This document shows, piece by piece, positions 36,127 to 44,875 of a stretch of 64,000 nt of DNA. The notes beneath the pieces were generated by a model. The model was not told the origin of the DNA and searched no databases. It was given only the letters and a program-made list of their open reading frames with translations. Each line of letters opens with the position of its first letter. Positions within the stretch are counted from its first letter, which is position 1. The DNA comes from Pseudomonadota bacterium (lineage in GTDB: Bacteria > Pseudomonadota > Gammaproteobacteria > Steroidobacterales > Woeseiaceae). Location of the stretch: positions 8,113-72,112 of the forward strand of contig JADFHE010000008.1 in assembly GCA_022567295.1 (NCBI GenBank), in the 5' to 3' direction. Both the position numbers and the translations under genes were made by a program.

Positions 36127-36855
36127 CTAAAACCACGCTCGAAGTCCGATGACTAATTGGGCTTCAGAAGTATCCTCGCCGGCGAATCTGGCAAAATCCG
36201 CTGTATTGCCGAACAGTTTGGTCCAGTTAACACCTATATAAGGTGCGAACTCCCGCCGAATCTCGTAGCGCAGCCTGAGTCCGACTTCGAGATCTGATAA
36301 TCCGGAGCCTAAGCCTAAATCTGTGTCATCTTGTCCGTAGAAATTGACTTCGATATCCGGTGTCAGTATGAGGCGTTGAGTAAGAAGCAATTCATACTCA
36401 CTCTCAAGCCGCAGCGCAGTACGACCGGACTCGCCGATGAAAAGGGCAATGTCTGTTTCGAAAAAATACGGAGCCAGTCCCTGAATCCCGATTGCCGCCC
36501 AGCTGCGGCTGGGTGAAGGTTTAAAGTCATGTCGCACGCCAATCTGTAATTCCCAATATTTGGCTATTGCCTTGCTATACAGGAATTGCAATTCCGCCTC
36601 TGTCGTACTGCCCCCTGCCCGTTCGCCCTCTGTTTTGAACCACAACTTGCGTAAATCTTTTCCGAACCATCCCTGCCCGTCCCAGGATAAATTGCTGTCT
36701 CCCGCCGCATCACGCAATTCAAGTTGATCCAGTATGCCCATTAACAGGAGCGGATCATCCTCTGTGGCAGCCCTGGCATTTTCCGCAACAGACAGGCAGG
36801 AGGTCACAATCAGCGTGGCGGCAAATACAATTTTTGCTGCGCTTCGAATGGCCAT
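36127..36855 (-). CDS. copB: Copper resistance protein B (outer membrane)
   Basis: 242 aa; signal peptide; LDQLELRDAAGDSNLSWDGQGWFGKDLRKLWFKTEGE is typical of CopB/PcoB. The start abuts the copA stop. Confidence 0.85.
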   Translation of the reverse strand: MAIRSAAKIVFAATLIVTSCLSVAENARAATEDDPLLLMGILDQLELRDAAGDSNLSWDGQGWFGKDLRKLWFKTEGERAGGSTTEAELQFLYSKAIAKYWELQIGVRHDFKPSPSRSWAAIGIQGLAPYFFETDIALFIGESGRTALRLESEYELLLTQRLILTPDIEVNFYGQDDTDLGLGSGLSDLEVGLRLRYEIRREFAPYIGVNWTKLFGNTADFARFAGEDTSEAQLVIGLRAWF

Positions 36856-38676
36856 CTAACTCACCCTTACTTCGCGAAACATGCCGGGCATGTGATACAG
36901 CAGATGGCAGTGATAGGCCCATCCTCCCATCGCATCGGCTGTCACGAGGTAGCTGATTTTGGACCCCGGTTGTACGATCACAGTGTGCTTGCGGGGCATG
37001 TAATCGGGGTCGCCCGTCTCCAGCTCGCTCCACATTCCGTGCAGGTGAATCGGGTGAGTCATCATCGTGTCATTAACCAGATTTATGCGTACACGCTCAC
37101 CGTAGCTAAGCCGAAGAAGATCCGCATCAGCGAACTTGATACCGTTCATAGACCACATGTAGCGGTTCATGTTGCCCGTGAGATGCAGCTCGATTTCGCG
37201 CTCAGGGTCCCTGGGATCAAGCGTGCGACCAAGGTTGCGAATGTCCGCGTACGTCAATACCCGTCTGCCGTACAGGCGCTGATGATCGCGCAAGCCGATG
37301 CCCGGGTCTGACAATCCATCTTGTGGCGTCGATGCGCGCATATCGACATGAGGGCCAAACTCCGAAGCAATGTGCGTGATCTCGCGGTTGCTGCCGTATC
37401 CGGCCGGATCTGGCGCACGGCCACTTTTGCGTGGCATTTCCCGCATGCCGGACATTTTGCTCATGTCGTGCTGGCTGTGATCCATTCCGCCCACATCGTG
37501 ATCCATGCCACCCATTCCGCCCATGCCCATATCCCTGTGACCCAAAAGCGCCGGCGGATCCAACTGCGGCACTTCGGCGGACCAATCGGCATCCGGGCTC
37601 AGTATCCCGCGGGCATAGCCGGTTCTGTCGATGCTCTGAGCAAAAATCGTATAGGCGCTGTCGGCACTGGGCTCGACAATCACGTCATACGTTTCCGCTA
37701 CGCCAATTCGAAACTCATCGATCGACACCGGTTCAATGTTCTGGCCATCGGCGGCAACGACCTTCATCTTCAAGCCGGGGATTCGCACATCGTAAATCGT
37801 CATAGCGGCTGCATTAATAAAACGGAGCCTGACTTTCTCACCTTGCTCGAACAGGCCGAGCCACCCGTCTTCCGGAGTAGCGCCGTTCATTAGGAACGTA
37901 TAGGTATAAGCGCTGACATCTGACAGGTCGCGATCGCTCATGCGCATCTGATTCCACATCGCGCGATCTCTTCGTGTTTGACCTACGCCCTTGTCCGAAA
38001 TATCTCGCCATAAATCGGCGGCTGTTCGCTCGCGAAAGTTGTAGTAGTCGCTTTGCTTTTTTAGTTTGGCGTAGATTCTCTCGGGTTTCTCATCACTCCA
38101 GTCGGACAGCACTATCACGTAGTCTCGGTCATAACTGACAGGGTCCGGCTTCGCCGGATCAATGACGATAGCTCCGTACATCCCGGTCTGCTCCTGAAAA
38201 CCGGAATGGCTGTGATACCAAAACGTCCCGTTCTGCCGCACGTCGAACTGATAAGTGAACGTTTCTCCAGGTTTTATCCCATCGAAGCTGATGCCAGGCA
38301 CACCATCCATGCGCGCGTCAAGAATCATCCCGTGCCAATGGATGGACGAGTCGTGAGCGAGGTGGTTCGTAACTCGCAGTGTTACACGATCGCCCTCACG
38401 CCAGCGCAGGATTGGCCCAGGCACAGAGCCGTTGATTGTCGTTGCGGGTCGCTCCCGTCCGGTGAAATTTACCATCTTGTAGCCGATGTCGATGTCGAAA
38501 CTCGAACCGCGCAGAGTGGTAACCGGCTGTCGAGTCAAGGTCACGGCAAACGACGAATCAGCCGAAATTCCAAGACCGAGCAACGCGCTGCCGGCAGCCG
38601 CTCCGGTCACAAAGCGCCGGCGCGACATCAATGCCGATCGTCCTGGCAGGATCATTTGCCTCTTATATTCCATCAA
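36856..38676 (-). CDS. copA: Copper resistance multicopper oxidase CopA/PcoA (Tat-exported)
   Basis: Twin-arginine signal MSRRRFVTGAAAGSALLG; copper sites HWHG, WYHSH, HPIHLHG and HCHLLYH; Met/His-rich insert MGMGGMGGMDHDVGGMDHSQHDMSKMSGM. The likely start is the internal Met at 38628. Confidence 0.9.
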   Translation of the reverse strand: MMEYKRQMILPGRSALMSRRRFVTGAAAGSALLGLGISADSSFAVTLTRQPVTTLRGSSFDIDIGYKMVNFTGRERPATTINGSVPGPILRWREGDRVTLRVTNHLAHDSSIHWHGMILDARMDGVPGISFDGIKPGETFTYQFDVRQNGTFWYHSHSGFQEQTGMYGAIVIDPAKPDPVSYDRDYVIVLSDWSDEKPERIYAKLKKQSDYYNFRERTAADLWRDISDKGVGQTRRDRAMWNQMRMSDRDLSDVSAYTYTFLMNGATPEDGWLGLFEQGEKVRLRFINAAAMTIYDVRIPGLKMKVVAADGQNIEPVSIDEFRIGVAETYDVIVEPSADSAYTIFAQSIDRTGYARGILSPDADWSAEVPQLDPPALLGHRDMGMGGMGGMDHDVGGMDHSQHDMSKMSGMREMPRKSGRAPDPAGYGSNREITHIASEFGPHVDMRASTPQDGLSDPGIGLRDHQRLYGRRVLTYADIRNLGRTLDPRDPEREIELHLTGNMNRYMWSMNGIKFADADLLRLSYGERVRINLVNDTMMTHPIHLHGMWSELETGDPDYMPRKHTVIVQPGSKISYLVTADAMGGWAYHCHLLYHMPGMFREVRVS

Positions 38677-38697
38677 TTTCTCTCGAAGCCAAACTAG

Positions 38698-39321
38698 CTA
38701 GTGTTCATGGGTACTGTGATCGTGCTCTTCGGGCTCCGCCGGCTTATCTTCGGAATGTCCCGCATCTTCGTGCGGATGCCCCTCGACTGCCGCGTCATTG
38801 GCGTGATGCCCCATGCCGCTCGCACTTTCCAACAAATTCCGGTATTGGGCCGCATCGAGATCAGGTAATTTCGTCAGGAATGCGACGACTGGCCAAATAG
38901 CGTCGTCGTCGTGGGTAGCACCCCACGCCGGCATACCCGTCATCTTGATGCCGTTCTTGGTTACCCAGAATAATTCAGCTGGCGACATTTCCGATGCGGA
39001 TTCTGCAAGGTCAGGCGGTGGAGGGTTCAATCCCTGACCCATTGCCTCAGGATCTTGCCCGGGGGCGCCGTGGCATCCGGCACACATGCCATCGAAGTCA
39101 TTGACGCCGGCACTTACTAGTGCGTCATCACCAAGATCCGGCACCTCAATACCCTTGGCGTTGCGTTCTATCGATGCGTGCGAAGTTGTCGACAGTAGCC
39201 AATTGACAATACTACTGTGTGACGAGCTTGCACTGACATCGTAAAGACCCGAATACGCGAAGCCGACGATGGCGATCACGACGATGGTTGTAACAATAGT
39301 GAGTGTCTTGATTATCTTCAT
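38698..39321 (-). CDS. Membrane-anchored c-type cytochrome with His-rich C-terminal tail
   Basis: 207 aa; N-terminal TM segment; single haem motif CAGCHG; MPAWG; tail MGHHANDAAVEGHPHEDAGHSEDKPAEPEEHDHSTHEH. Confidence 0.75.
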   Translation of the reverse strand: MKIIKTLTIVTTIVVIAIVGFAYSGLYDVSASSSHSSIVNWLLSTTSHASIERNAKGIEVPDLGDDALVSAGVNDFDGMCAGCHGAPGQDPEAMGQGLNPPPPDLAESASEMSPAELFWVTKNGIKMTGMPAWGATHDDDAIWPVVAFLTKLPDLDAAQYRNLLESASGMGHHANDAAVEGHPHEDAGHSEDKPAEPEEHDHSTHEH

Positions 39322-39458
39322 AGTGGTCTCTATCTATTGATTCCGCAGGAGTGAAAAAGTGCGGATCACGATTGCAAAACGATGCGATTACGCATTGCCA
39401 GGAACCGGGCACCTTAGGGCTGAGACGCGACAACTAAGCCGCGTCCACAACGCGGCGC

Positions 39459-39896
39459 TCAGTCAGGCGTGGCGGCGGGAGGTCGAAATGGAACGCCAGA
39501 ATCGGGATCGCTGTGCAGGCGACGAGCGACCGGAATTGGCTGGCTTTGGTTATCTGGCACGGTGTGCAGCGACGCGGAGTCAATGGCGCAAATCGTGCCG
39601 GCGGATGACGCGCAGGCCGAAATGCAGCTGACACAGCATTCGCAATCTAGCGGCGGCGAATCGCCGTCGTTGTTGTCCCCATGATGCAAATTTGTCCCAT
39701 GCATCGAGTCATGGCCATGGTGCGCTGCCATGACCGTGTCCCGCGATAATGACCGATCCTGTTGGTGACAAGGAACGACAGCGTCCGCCCATAGCGACAA
39801 TGGCGCAGCGACGCCAAGCATTACGATCAATAGTGTGCCAGGAACCTTCACAAGAATAAGACTAGACCTTTCGCTTCGAGACCACAATGACGGCAA
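39459..39896 (-). CDS. Small Cys/His-rich putative exported metal-binding protein (CopL/DUF2946-like?)
   Basis: Hydrophobic leader LLIVMLGVAAPLSLWADA, His cluster AAHHGHDSMHGTNLHHGD and Cys cluster CECCVSCISAC. First gene of the cop strand block. The true start is uncertain. Confidence 0.4.
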   Translation of the reverse strand: MPSLWSRSERSSLILVKVPGTLLIVMLGVAAPLSLWADAVVPCHQQDRSLSRDTVMAAHHGHDSMHGTNLHHGDNNDGDSPPLDCECCVSCISACASSAGTICAIDSASLHTVPDNQSQPIPVARRLHSDPDSGVPFRPPAATPD

Positions 39897-39929
39897 TGCA
39901 GAGCTCTAGAACGTCAGGGGTACATCGCC

Positions 39930-40117
39930 CTAGTTCGCGTAGCTATCCTGCCGCCCTCCTGAGAATCGCGCCACGCTCAACCGCCGGAGTCTGTAACCAG
40001 GTCTTGTACGCCCCTAGCGCGGCTTCGGCGGCAAGTGCGGCATTGGGCATCGAGCAAATGCGTGGTGCGCTCCAGGGCAACTTCCAGTATGCCAGACGGT
40101 TCGGAAACTTCGCTCAC
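39930..40117 (-). pseudogene. Aldehyde dehydrogenase N-terminal relic (frameshifted, truncated)
   Basis: A minus-strand frame gives AALAAEAALGAYKTWLQTPAVERGAILRRAAG-stop. This matches the conserved ALDH N-terminal pattern A..A..A...W......ER..ILRR.A. The preceding frame gives EPSGILEVALERTTHLLDA, beginning with a GTG that overlaps the BCCT-like stop (GTGA). Confidence 0.45.
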
Positions 40118-41259
40118 GCCAACCGCTCCCTTTCGCCAGGCGTCTGAAGTTGCTGACGTCGCTGAAACACGAGGACGTAAATCGCCGCGTAGATACCGAC
40201 GACAACAAGTCCAATCCACTCGATCTTCAAAGGCGTGAACTTGTACAGCATGACGAGCGCAGACAACGCCACCCAGTTGCCGATGATGTAGTGCAACTTG
40301 CCGAATCGATCCGTGGTGACCCCGAGATTCTGCGTGTAAAGACGAATGAGCGAATCGAGTGAGTTAATGACAAATATGACACCGACAACCACCATCGCCA
40401 GACGCCAATACGCTCCAATATCAAGCCCATTGCTAAAGTAGTAGTAAAGGATCGAAAACCAGATCGCGATTGGAATGGATGGCACGATGACGAGCGCAAG
40501 CAGCAATTGCCAGGCTTTCAGATCACCGACAAACCTCGCGACAAACTGCCCGATCATGATGCTCCAGGCGAACCACCAATACAGGTAGAACTGGTGATAC
40601 TCGGTAATCGGCGACATGAAGCGATGAATGTTTGAGAAATAGGCACCGATGCCGCTCATCGATTTGGCGAGCCCGAATACACCCATTCCCGAGGCCAGCC
40701 AGGCACCGGCGATCAGCGCGAAGAACAGCCAGGTCGAGGAAACACTGAGCACTTTCACGTACTTGATGTCGGTACTCGACAAAGTCGCGAACAGAATCAC
40801 AGCCGCAACCAGGCCGTAACGAAAGGGTTCGCTGATCCCCTGAATGTAATCAGGCAAATACACCAGGAACAGAAATGCAGTAAATGCGCAGGTACCGATG
40901 ATAACGATATTGTTCGTCAACTTGATGACAGGAATTTCAAAGAGTTTCAGCTTCGGCTCGACAATGCAGAAATAGAAAGTCGTTAGAAAATAAAAGGACC
41001 AGACGAGAAAGCCCCAAAATCCGAATTCCAGCGCCAGCGGATTGGCGAACGAATATTCCGCTTCGCTGGCATATAGCTCGAAATCGACCAGTGGAAACAT
41101 GATCAACCCGACATCGAGCCCCGATGTAAACAGAATCGCAATGAACGTGAAAAACGAAACCGGAATCGGCCCCGTGCATTTTAGATCGTGCCAACGAATA
41201 ACCAGCACCAATGCCGTCAGCATCGTGACGGCCATTGCAATAGTCAAAATCAGTGCCAC
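40114..41259 (-). CDS. Short BCCT-family-like transporter
   Basis: 381 aa, about 10-11 TM segments. LFTSGLDVGLIMFP and YLYWWFAWSIMIGQFVARF resemble the BCCT glycine-rich and Trp-rich signature segments. Confidence 0.55.
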   Translation of the reverse strand: MALILTIAMAVTMLTALVLVIRWHDLKCTGPIPVSFFTFIAILFTSGLDVGLIMFPLVDFELYASEAEYSFANPLALEFGFWGFLVWSFYFLTTFYFCIVEPKLKLFEIPVIKLTNNIVIIGTCAFTAFLFLVYLPDYIQGISEPFRYGLVAAVILFATLSSTDIKYVKVLSVSSTWLFFALIAGAWLASGMGVFGLAKSMSGIGAYFSNIHRFMSPITEYHQFYLYWWFAWSIMIGQFVARFVGDLKAWQLLLALVIVPSIPIAIWFSILYYYFSNGLDIGAYWRLAMVVVGVIFVINSLDSLIRLYTQNLGVTTDRFGKLHYIIGNWVALSALVMLYKFTPLKIEWIGLVVVGIYAAIYVLVFQRRQQLQTPGERERLA

Positions 41260-41287
41260 GAAAACTCCCCCCGCTTTTTCGCGACGG

Positions 41288-43531
41288 TCATTTCGCGACT
41301 ATCACCCACACTGGATTGGTATAGGCGAACTTGCCATTCATGTCCTCGACGACAAGGCTATACCAGGTGTCCGCGTCAGGACGCACTGAAAAATCGACCT
41401 GCACGGGCTCGCTCTCACCGTCCAGCGCCAACACTTCGATTGCACTACCGCGCTCAATGAGCTGCACTAATCGTAGCCCGGATACTGCCTGTACCGAATA
41501 CCTCAGCGCAAGCTTGTCACCTGCCGCACGATGCAATTCGCTGCCAAACAGTATCTCCGGATAAATCAGCGGGCCCTGGCTGGCGAACGAATGCCCAGCC
41601 TTGAGCGCTGCAACAAATTTTTCAATGCTCAACTTTCCGTTGACGTGCACGTAGGACCGTGCTGACCCGGACTCCTGAATCCACACATCGTGCGCATCAG
41701 AACCTGCGGTCAGATACACCCGGTGCCCCTCATTCCACATTTGCCATACGCGCGTAAGCGTCTTTGCGTTGTCATTACTCGTCATCTCGACAAGATCGAA
41801 TCCCGCATCGTAGCCTCCGGGCACTGTGCCCTGTTCGTCGCTTTGAAAATAGCCGTAATCCGAATAGGGATGATTCGCCGCAACGATGTCGGCACCCATG
41901 CGACGGGCGGCCGAGAAAATTTCCTGCACCGTGGCCTGGCCGGTATCGATGTCCACGGTCTCCCCGTCATCCAAAGGATAGGCGTTGAAGTGCGCCCACG
42001 ACGGCGACAATTCGGTACCCGGAATAAAGTGCATTCCGCGCGCATCGGAAAGAACTCGCATTTCCCGATTGTTCACTACGGAATCATGGTCGCTGAGAAA
42101 CGCGATATCGACGCCTGCCGCGAGTTCGGACCGCATCACAAATTCCGCCTCGGTGAAGCCGTCCAGCACATCCGAGTGATGATGCAGGTCTGCGTTGTAC
42201 CAGCCATGCTCTTGTGGCATCGCCAGAACAGGAATTTCGGCATTGAGATCATTCGTCTGCCCTGATTCGACCACGACCTCAACGCGTTGCGGCTTGGACG
42301 TAAAGCCGCCGCCAGCGGATACTTCGAATACATAGGCTCCCGGTGCGATCACTTGCGTTGTTTCGCCCGCGATATCCAGCTCTGTAAAAAAGGTATTCTT
42401 GCCAAAGTAGCTGATCAGCGGTTTGTAACCGCTCTGAATGCTGATCCTGGCGTCAAGAGGCTGCCCCGTGTCTTTGTCCGATACCTGTATATGCACAGCG
42501 CCCGGCGGCCTGACGTCGCCGAAATCGACGTTGATCTCGCCGCCTTTCAAAACGGTGATGTTCCTCGTTGCGCCTTGCGCATAGCCACGAGCTGTTGCAT
42601 AAATCTCATAGTCGCCAGTCGGCAGGTTGATCTCGTAGTCGCCATCATTGCCCACTGTCCAGGCATACGGTTTACCGTCCTTCATTACAACGACCGCGGG
42701 CCGCGCGACGAGCTCTCCATCATTGCTCGCGACTTGCCCAGAGACACGGCCCGACGGCAGCTGTTGAAAGTCGATTTCTGCCTGCACCAGCGGCGCCAGT
42801 GACCCGTCATTCTCGATCTGCAGCCAGGCTTCGAACGACTGGGTCTCGCCCGGCAGCAGGTCATGCGGCAAGTATCGATCGCGACCGCCGTACGCAAGAA
42901 TTTCTGAAAACGGCGCATGCAGGCCAAGCACCCAATGCTCCCCGTAGGCTGCCGACCAGTCACCGAGCGCTGCATCTTCCGGGCTGACAGACACGGCAGG
43001 TAATCCAGGCATTCCGAACAGCGAGCCGCCGTCTGGCCAGACGACATAACCGGAATGCAAACCTTCGAGCGATACTTCGCCGTTGTTGGTCATCCGCGTA
43101 ATGATATGAATCTTGCTGTCCCCATCCTTGATATGGAAGACCGTCTCGAGTTCAACCTCACCCCAGTCACGCACGGTCTTGACGACAGCTTCATCAATGG
43201 AGGCTTTCTCGATGGTCACTCGTTGATAGGTCGTTGGCCAGCTTGACCACTTATTCGGCATGAAATCGGCCAGTGATGCTATGTCATGACCGGGCTCGCC
43301 GTCCTGGAAAGGCGCGATGTCGACGATGCCTCCGCGCGCCACTCCCCATGGCGGGGCAGTGTCGACTGCGAACGCAATCGCAAATAATCCGTTGCTGATC
43401 GTGATATCCCTGGCACCGGTCGCGTCGCCGCGAGGGATCGTCGTCGGGCCAATCACAACGGATACCTCGGCATGCGCACCGAACGGTGCCAACAAGACAG
43501 CAAACAACAGAGTTACGATCAGAATTGGCAA
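41288..43531 (-). CDS. Exported PHP-domain metallohydrolase (CehA/McbA-like) with carboxypeptidase-regulatory-like beta-sandwich domains
   Basis: 747 aa; signal peptide; NADLHHHSD, FLSDHD, ANHPY and GSDAHD PHP metal motifs; a GDYEIYATARGY-type beta-sandwich repeat. Confidence 0.7.
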   Translation of the reverse strand: MPILIVTLLFAVLLAPFGAHAEVSVVIGPTTIPRGDATGARDITISNGLFAIAFAVDTAPPWGVARGGIVDIAPFQDGEPGHDIASLADFMPNKWSSWPTTYQRVTIEKASIDEAVVKTVRDWGEVELETVFHIKDGDSKIHIITRMTNNGEVSLEGLHSGYVVWPDGGSLFGMPGLPAVSVSPEDAALGDWSAAYGEHWVLGLHAPFSEILAYGGRDRYLPHDLLPGETQSFEAWLQIENDGSLAPLVQAEIDFQQLPSGRVSGQVASNDGELVARPAVVVMKDGKPYAWTVGNDGDYEINLPTGDYEIYATARGYAQGATRNITVLKGGEINVDFGDVRPPGAVHIQVSDKDTGQPLDARISIQSGYKPLISYFGKNTFFTELDIAGETTQVIAPGAYVFEVSAGGGFTSKPQRVEVVVESGQTNDLNAEIPVLAMPQEHGWYNADLHHHSDVLDGFTEAEFVMRSELAAGVDIAFLSDHDSVVNNREMRVLSDARGMHFIPGTELSPSWAHFNAYPLDDGETVDIDTGQATVQEIFSAARRMGADIVAANHPYSDYGYFQSDEQGTVPGGYDAGFDLVEMTSNDNAKTLTRVWQMWNEGHRVYLTAGSDAHDVWIQESGSARSYVHVNGKLSIEKFVAALKAGHSFASQGPLIYPEILFGSELHRAAGDKLALRYSVQAVSGLRLVQLIERGSAIEVLALDGESEPVQVDFSVRPDADTWYSLVVEDMNGKFAYTNPVWVIVAK

Positions 43532-43616
43532 TTCAGGCTCCTAGACCTCAGGCCTTGTCAATCTCGTGAGCGATATCAATGCCGCTGCGTAAATCGATGA
43601 GTGGGATTGTTCGCAT

Positions 43617-44606
43617 TCAGTCGATGAAACTTCGACCGTCCAGCTGATCGCGAATATTTTCTGGAATTTCCAATTGCAGGTGAGTGGCGATCGACGGAAG
43701 GATGTCAACGATGGCAGGTAATTCATCAAAGTGTGTATTCAGATTGCCGCTGTTAGTAACGATCCAGATCGTGCGCTCTCTTTCCGTCTGTCCACCGTGT
43801 GTTTGTCCCGTAAGCTCGTCGCGGCCATGATCCGTCGTAATCAAAATCATCCAGTCTTCATCGTGTGTCCGCTGCCGATTTTGTACGGCGTTCCAGATTC
43901 TCCCGATCTGACCATCCATGAGTTCCACGGCTGCCGACATTTCAGGGCCATCGCCGTATCCATGCCCGACATCATCTGTGTATTCCAGGTAGACCCACGA
44001 CAGGTCGGGTCCGTTAGATTCGATATATCTGGCCGCTTCAGCGGCGACAAGTTCATCGATGTCGCGGATGTAGTCTCTCAATGGATCATGCGGAAACCGT
44101 TTGGTGTCGAGTTCAAAGCCGTCAAAATGGTAATCGAGTTTGTTGCCTCCGGCTGTTTCCAATCCGTCACCAAGAAGTTTGGTCCTGTTGTCAGTCCAGG
44201 TTGAAAAAATAGCCGTTTTCAGGGCCGCATCATGCGCTTTGGCTATTCTGAAAATGTCCCAGTAGTTATAGTCGGGATCACTGACCGCGTTGTCCCAGAC
44301 GTTGTGTTTGTTGGCCCAGGTTCCAGTGAGCAAACTGTTGTAGCCGACTGCCGACACTGTAGGACTCTCTGACTCCTGTCCCGGTGTCCCGCCAACGTAA
44401 GCCCTCGCATACCCGCGACCCCCGCTTATTGCATCCAGATACGGCGTGGATGCACGCTCCACGACATCCGCGGGTATGCCATCTACGATAATAAAGAGCG
44501 CTTTCGGTGTTCGTGTTATCGGACTCGCTCCCTCATTGCAGCCATTCACCATGATCGCGGCCAACAAAATAAGGGCCGATGACAACGTAGATGAACCTCG
44601 CGTCAT
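43617..44606 (-). CDS. Alkaline-phosphatase-superfamily type I phosphodiesterase/nucleotide pyrophosphatase, probable lipoprotein
   Basis: 329 aa; leader ending MVNGC; FIIVDGIPAD, YLEYTDDVGHGYG and ITTDHGRD metal-site motifs. Confidence 0.7.
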   Translation of the reverse strand: MTRGSSTLSSALILLAAIMVNGCNEGASPITRTPKALFIIVDGIPADVVERASTPYLDAISGGRGYARAYVGGTPGQESESPTVSAVGYNSLLTGTWANKHNVWDNAVSDPDYNYWDIFRIAKAHDAALKTAIFSTWTDNRTKLLGDGLETAGGNKLDYHFDGFELDTKRFPHDPLRDYIRDIDELVAAEAARYIESNGPDLSWVYLEYTDDVGHGYGDGPEMSAAVELMDGQIGRIWNAVQNRQRTHDEDWMILITTDHGRDELTGQTHGGQTERERTIWIVTNSGNLNTHFDELPAIVDILPSIATHLQLEIPENIRDQLDGRSFID

Positions 44607-44830
44607 GACAGGCGTACTCCCTGATGCAGTAACTCAGTCTGCAAAAGATCAACACTGAGCTCTGAAAAACGCTGTTCATGTTTCACGGCGATCGCCGCGG
44701 CAACACCGGCACGGGCAGCACCGATCGCGGCAGCGAGTCCACCGGGGCCCGATCCGACCACCAGAACATCCGTCTCGTGGACGACATCGATTTCACGAGA
44801 CGATTCTCTAATCTTATCGATACGCACCAT
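44603..44830 (-). pseudogene. Orphan 75-codon ORF encoding only an FAD-binding Rossmann N-terminus (relic of an FAD-dependent oxidoreductase)
   Basis: MVRIDKIRESSREIDVVHETDVLVVGSGPGGLAAAIGAARAGV is a typical dinucleotide-binding N-terminus. It is followed by 32 unrelated residues and a stop that overlaps the phosphodiesterase ATG (ATGA). Confidence 0.4.
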
Positions 44831-44875
44831 GCATAATAGTTTACGCTGGAAGAGGGGATCAGCAAGAGCAACACG

